Source: Candidatus Omnitrophota bacterium
Lineage (GTDB): Bacteria; Omnitrophota; Gorgyraeia; JAFGGP01
Assembly (NCBI GenBank): GCA_016930485.1
Contig: JAFGGP010000030.1
Location: 66,745-130,744, forward strand
DNA: 64,000 nt
Reading direction: 5' to 3'
In this document: positions 62,748 to 64,000 of the stretch, piece after piece
Layout of the letters: each line of letters starts with the position of its first letter
How positions within the stretch are numbered: the first letter of the stretch is position 1
Translations under genes and position numbers: made by a program
The notes under the pieces: generated by a model
The model's database searches: none
What the model saw: the letters and a program-made list of their open reading frames with translations, nothing else
Told to the model about the DNA's origin: nothing

Positions 62748-62775
62748 CTTTGTGATTTGGAATTTGAAATTTCCC
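62748..62775. repeat. TTTGRRA heptamer array next to the CDF gene stop
   Basis: ctttgtga tttggaa tttgaaa tttcccc, a clear 7-bp period. Confidence 0.6.
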
Positions 62776-62783
62776 CGCAGGGT

Positions 62784-63671
62784 TTAGTGATCCCCGGGGT
62801 AGTAGGGTTCGATATGGACGAGCACGTAGCTTACCTCTGGAAAAGACTGCCGGATGGCATTCTTTACCTCGGTGGCAATGTGGTGGGATTTTTCCACGCT
62901 CATATCCTTGTCTACCTCAACGTGTATATTGGCAAGATAATGGAGCCCTGCTTTTCTGACGAGTATCTTTTCGATATCTTTGACTCCCGGGATCGATAGC
63001 GCGATACTCCTGATCCGGTCCCTCACCTCCTGATCAACGACCCCGTCCATCAGTTCCGATGTTGACTGACGCAGCATCATTACCCCGACCCAGCATATCA
63101 TAAGCGCAATGATGACCGCCGCGACTCTGTCGGCGTAGGCAAATCGGCCTCCCCCGTACTCTGCCAGCGCTATGCCTCCAAAGGCAACCACCGAGGAGAG
63201 CGCGTCCGAGCGGTGGTGCCAGGCATCAACGGTGATGGATGTCGAATGAATCTTCTTCCCGAGCCGTACCTTGTACTGGTACATCCCCTCCTTGCATAAC
63301 ACCGAAAAGAGCGCCACCCATAACGTGGCCTGCGCAGGGGCAGAAAGCGCTTCCCGGGAAGCAACATCCCGGAAGGCGCTGAATCCGAGATACGCCCCCA
63401 GACATATCAGAAACGATGAGATTGCCCACGCCGCAATCGACTCCGCTTTTCCGTGTCCGTAGGGATGGTCCGGGTCTTCCGGCTTTGATGCTATCTCGAT
63501 ACCCAAAAGCACTATCACCGAAGAAACGGTGTCGGAAAACGAGTGAAAGCTGTCCACGATCAGCGCGGTGCTCTTGCCGAACACGCCCACGACCAGCTTG
63601 AGCACACCAAGAAGGATATTGCCGAAGATGCCGACCATCGCCCCGAATTTTGCCCTGTCGTAACGGTCCAT
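62784..63671 (-). CDS. Cation diffusion facilitator (CDF) metal efflux transporter
   Basis: ORF 62784..63923. Start set at MDRYDRAKF (ATG 63669-63671) because the upstream 84 codons overlap the neighbouring gene. Metal-site motifs DSFHSFSD and DAWHHRSD. Confidence 0.85.
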   Translation of the reverse strand: MDRYDRAKFGAMVGIFGNILLGVLKLVVGVFGKSTALIVDSFHSFSDTVSSVIVLLGIEIASKPEDPDHPYGHGKAESIAAWAISSFLICLGAYLGFSAFRDVASREALSAPAQATLWVALFSVLCKEGMYQYKVRLGKKIHSTSITVDAWHHRSDALSSVVAFGGIALAEYGGGRFAYADRVAAVIIALMICWVGVMMLRQSTSELMDGVVDQEVRDRIRSIALSIPGVKDIEKILVRKAGLHYLANIHVEVDKDMSVEKSHHIATEVKNAIRQSFPEVSYVLVHIEPYYPGDH

Positions 63672-63673
63672 TA

Positions 63674-64000
63674 TTACCTCTGTTTTTGTGCGAGGATAAA
63701 AAGGCGCGCGCTCAAAAAACCATAGTCGCCCTTTTGAATACGCAAACCCCCGTGCCGTTTGATCGTTACGCGCGAAAAACCGCAGCGTTTGAGAAGACCC
63801 CTGATTTCGTCCTTCCCGTAGAGCCGGGTACAGTATGTCTTGTCCTTCAAGAGCCCTTTTTTCTTCGAGATAGCTACCTCCCGGGCCTTCACACAATCCG
63901 GACCGATGTCCCTCACCCGGCACACAATAACATCCTCATCGGCCTCATGCCAGCTCCGGGGTGCGAGGTTCCTCCGTATATACTGCGCGTCGGCAATATC
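63674..64000 (-). CDS. C-terminal fragment of a probable SAM-dependent methyltransferase (runs off the window edge)
   Basis: The frame stays open to position 64000. The tail ...YCTRLYGKDEIRGLLKRCGFSRV... resembles class I methyltransferase C-termini. Confidence 0.35.
   Translation of the reverse strand, partial: DIADAQYIRRNLAPRSWHEADEDVIVCRVRDIGPDCVKAREVAISKKKGLLKDKTYCTRLYGKDEIRGLLKRCGFSRVTIKRHGGLRIQKGDYGFLSARLFILAQKQR

Noticed and set aside
8522-62775. Possibility that the periodic intergenic arrays are CRISPR arrays
   Set aside because: The period is 7-9 bp with no unique spacers. Arrays are under 100 bp and arranged as inverted halves. No cas genes are present.
63672-63923. N-terminal 84-codon extension of the CDF transporter ORF (379-aa version)
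   Set aside because: The extension overlaps the 3' end of the neighbouring methyltransferase-like gene in another frame and has no CDF similarity. MDRYDRAKF fits typical CDF N-termini.
1-64000. tRNA, rRNA, tmRNA, RNase P, transposase, integrase or prophage signatures
   Set aside because: I scanned the larger gaps (9166-9412, 17726-18115, 19760-20046, 26680-26904, 47947-48363, 59476-59768, 62600-62783) by eye. I found no cloverleaf-type T-arm (GTTCGAATC-like) or other recognisable RNA-gene signature, and no mobile-element proteins in the ORF track.

Overview
64-kb window from a diderm (Gram-negative-type) bacterium of uncertain lineage, about 50% GC by eye. I saw no rRNA, tRNA, CRISPR array, transposase or integrase. 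I call about 54 protein genes, 47 on the minus strand, in long co-directional operons. From left to right: a two-component pair (sensor kinase plus a REC-kinase hybrid with a degenerate GGDEF tail); a UvrD-family helicase; a folate/purine/tRNA block (folE, mnmE, folC, purH); a membrane pyrophosphatase; an ECF sigma/anti-sigma pair followed by a secreted protein with four tandem domain repeats; dcd plus class II ribonucleotide reductase; an 11.5-kb MoxR-DUF58-BatA-E (aerotolerance-type) operon with extra members; a heat-shock block (clpB, htpX, two hsp20, an HspR-like regulator, a near-perfect CIRCE operator); an exonuclease with a WYL-like tail; a sigma-54-driven lamin-tail-domain protein; a MarR-OEP-RND efflux operon with no adaptor gene; tRNA/rRNA enzymes; an NSS transporter; a ThiS-like/TtuA-like pair; and a CDF transporter. 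The most unusual signal is non-coding. About 20 intergenic gaps hold hairpin elements built from tandem arrays of degenerate 7-9 bp words, usually facing arrays of the reverse-complement word. There are at least six word families, often nested, with 11-14 nt identical strings shared between unlinked loci. They often abut stop or start codons and sometimes encode them. I do not recognise this as any described repeat class. All coordinates were counted by hand from the printed sequence and may be off by 1-2 nt.
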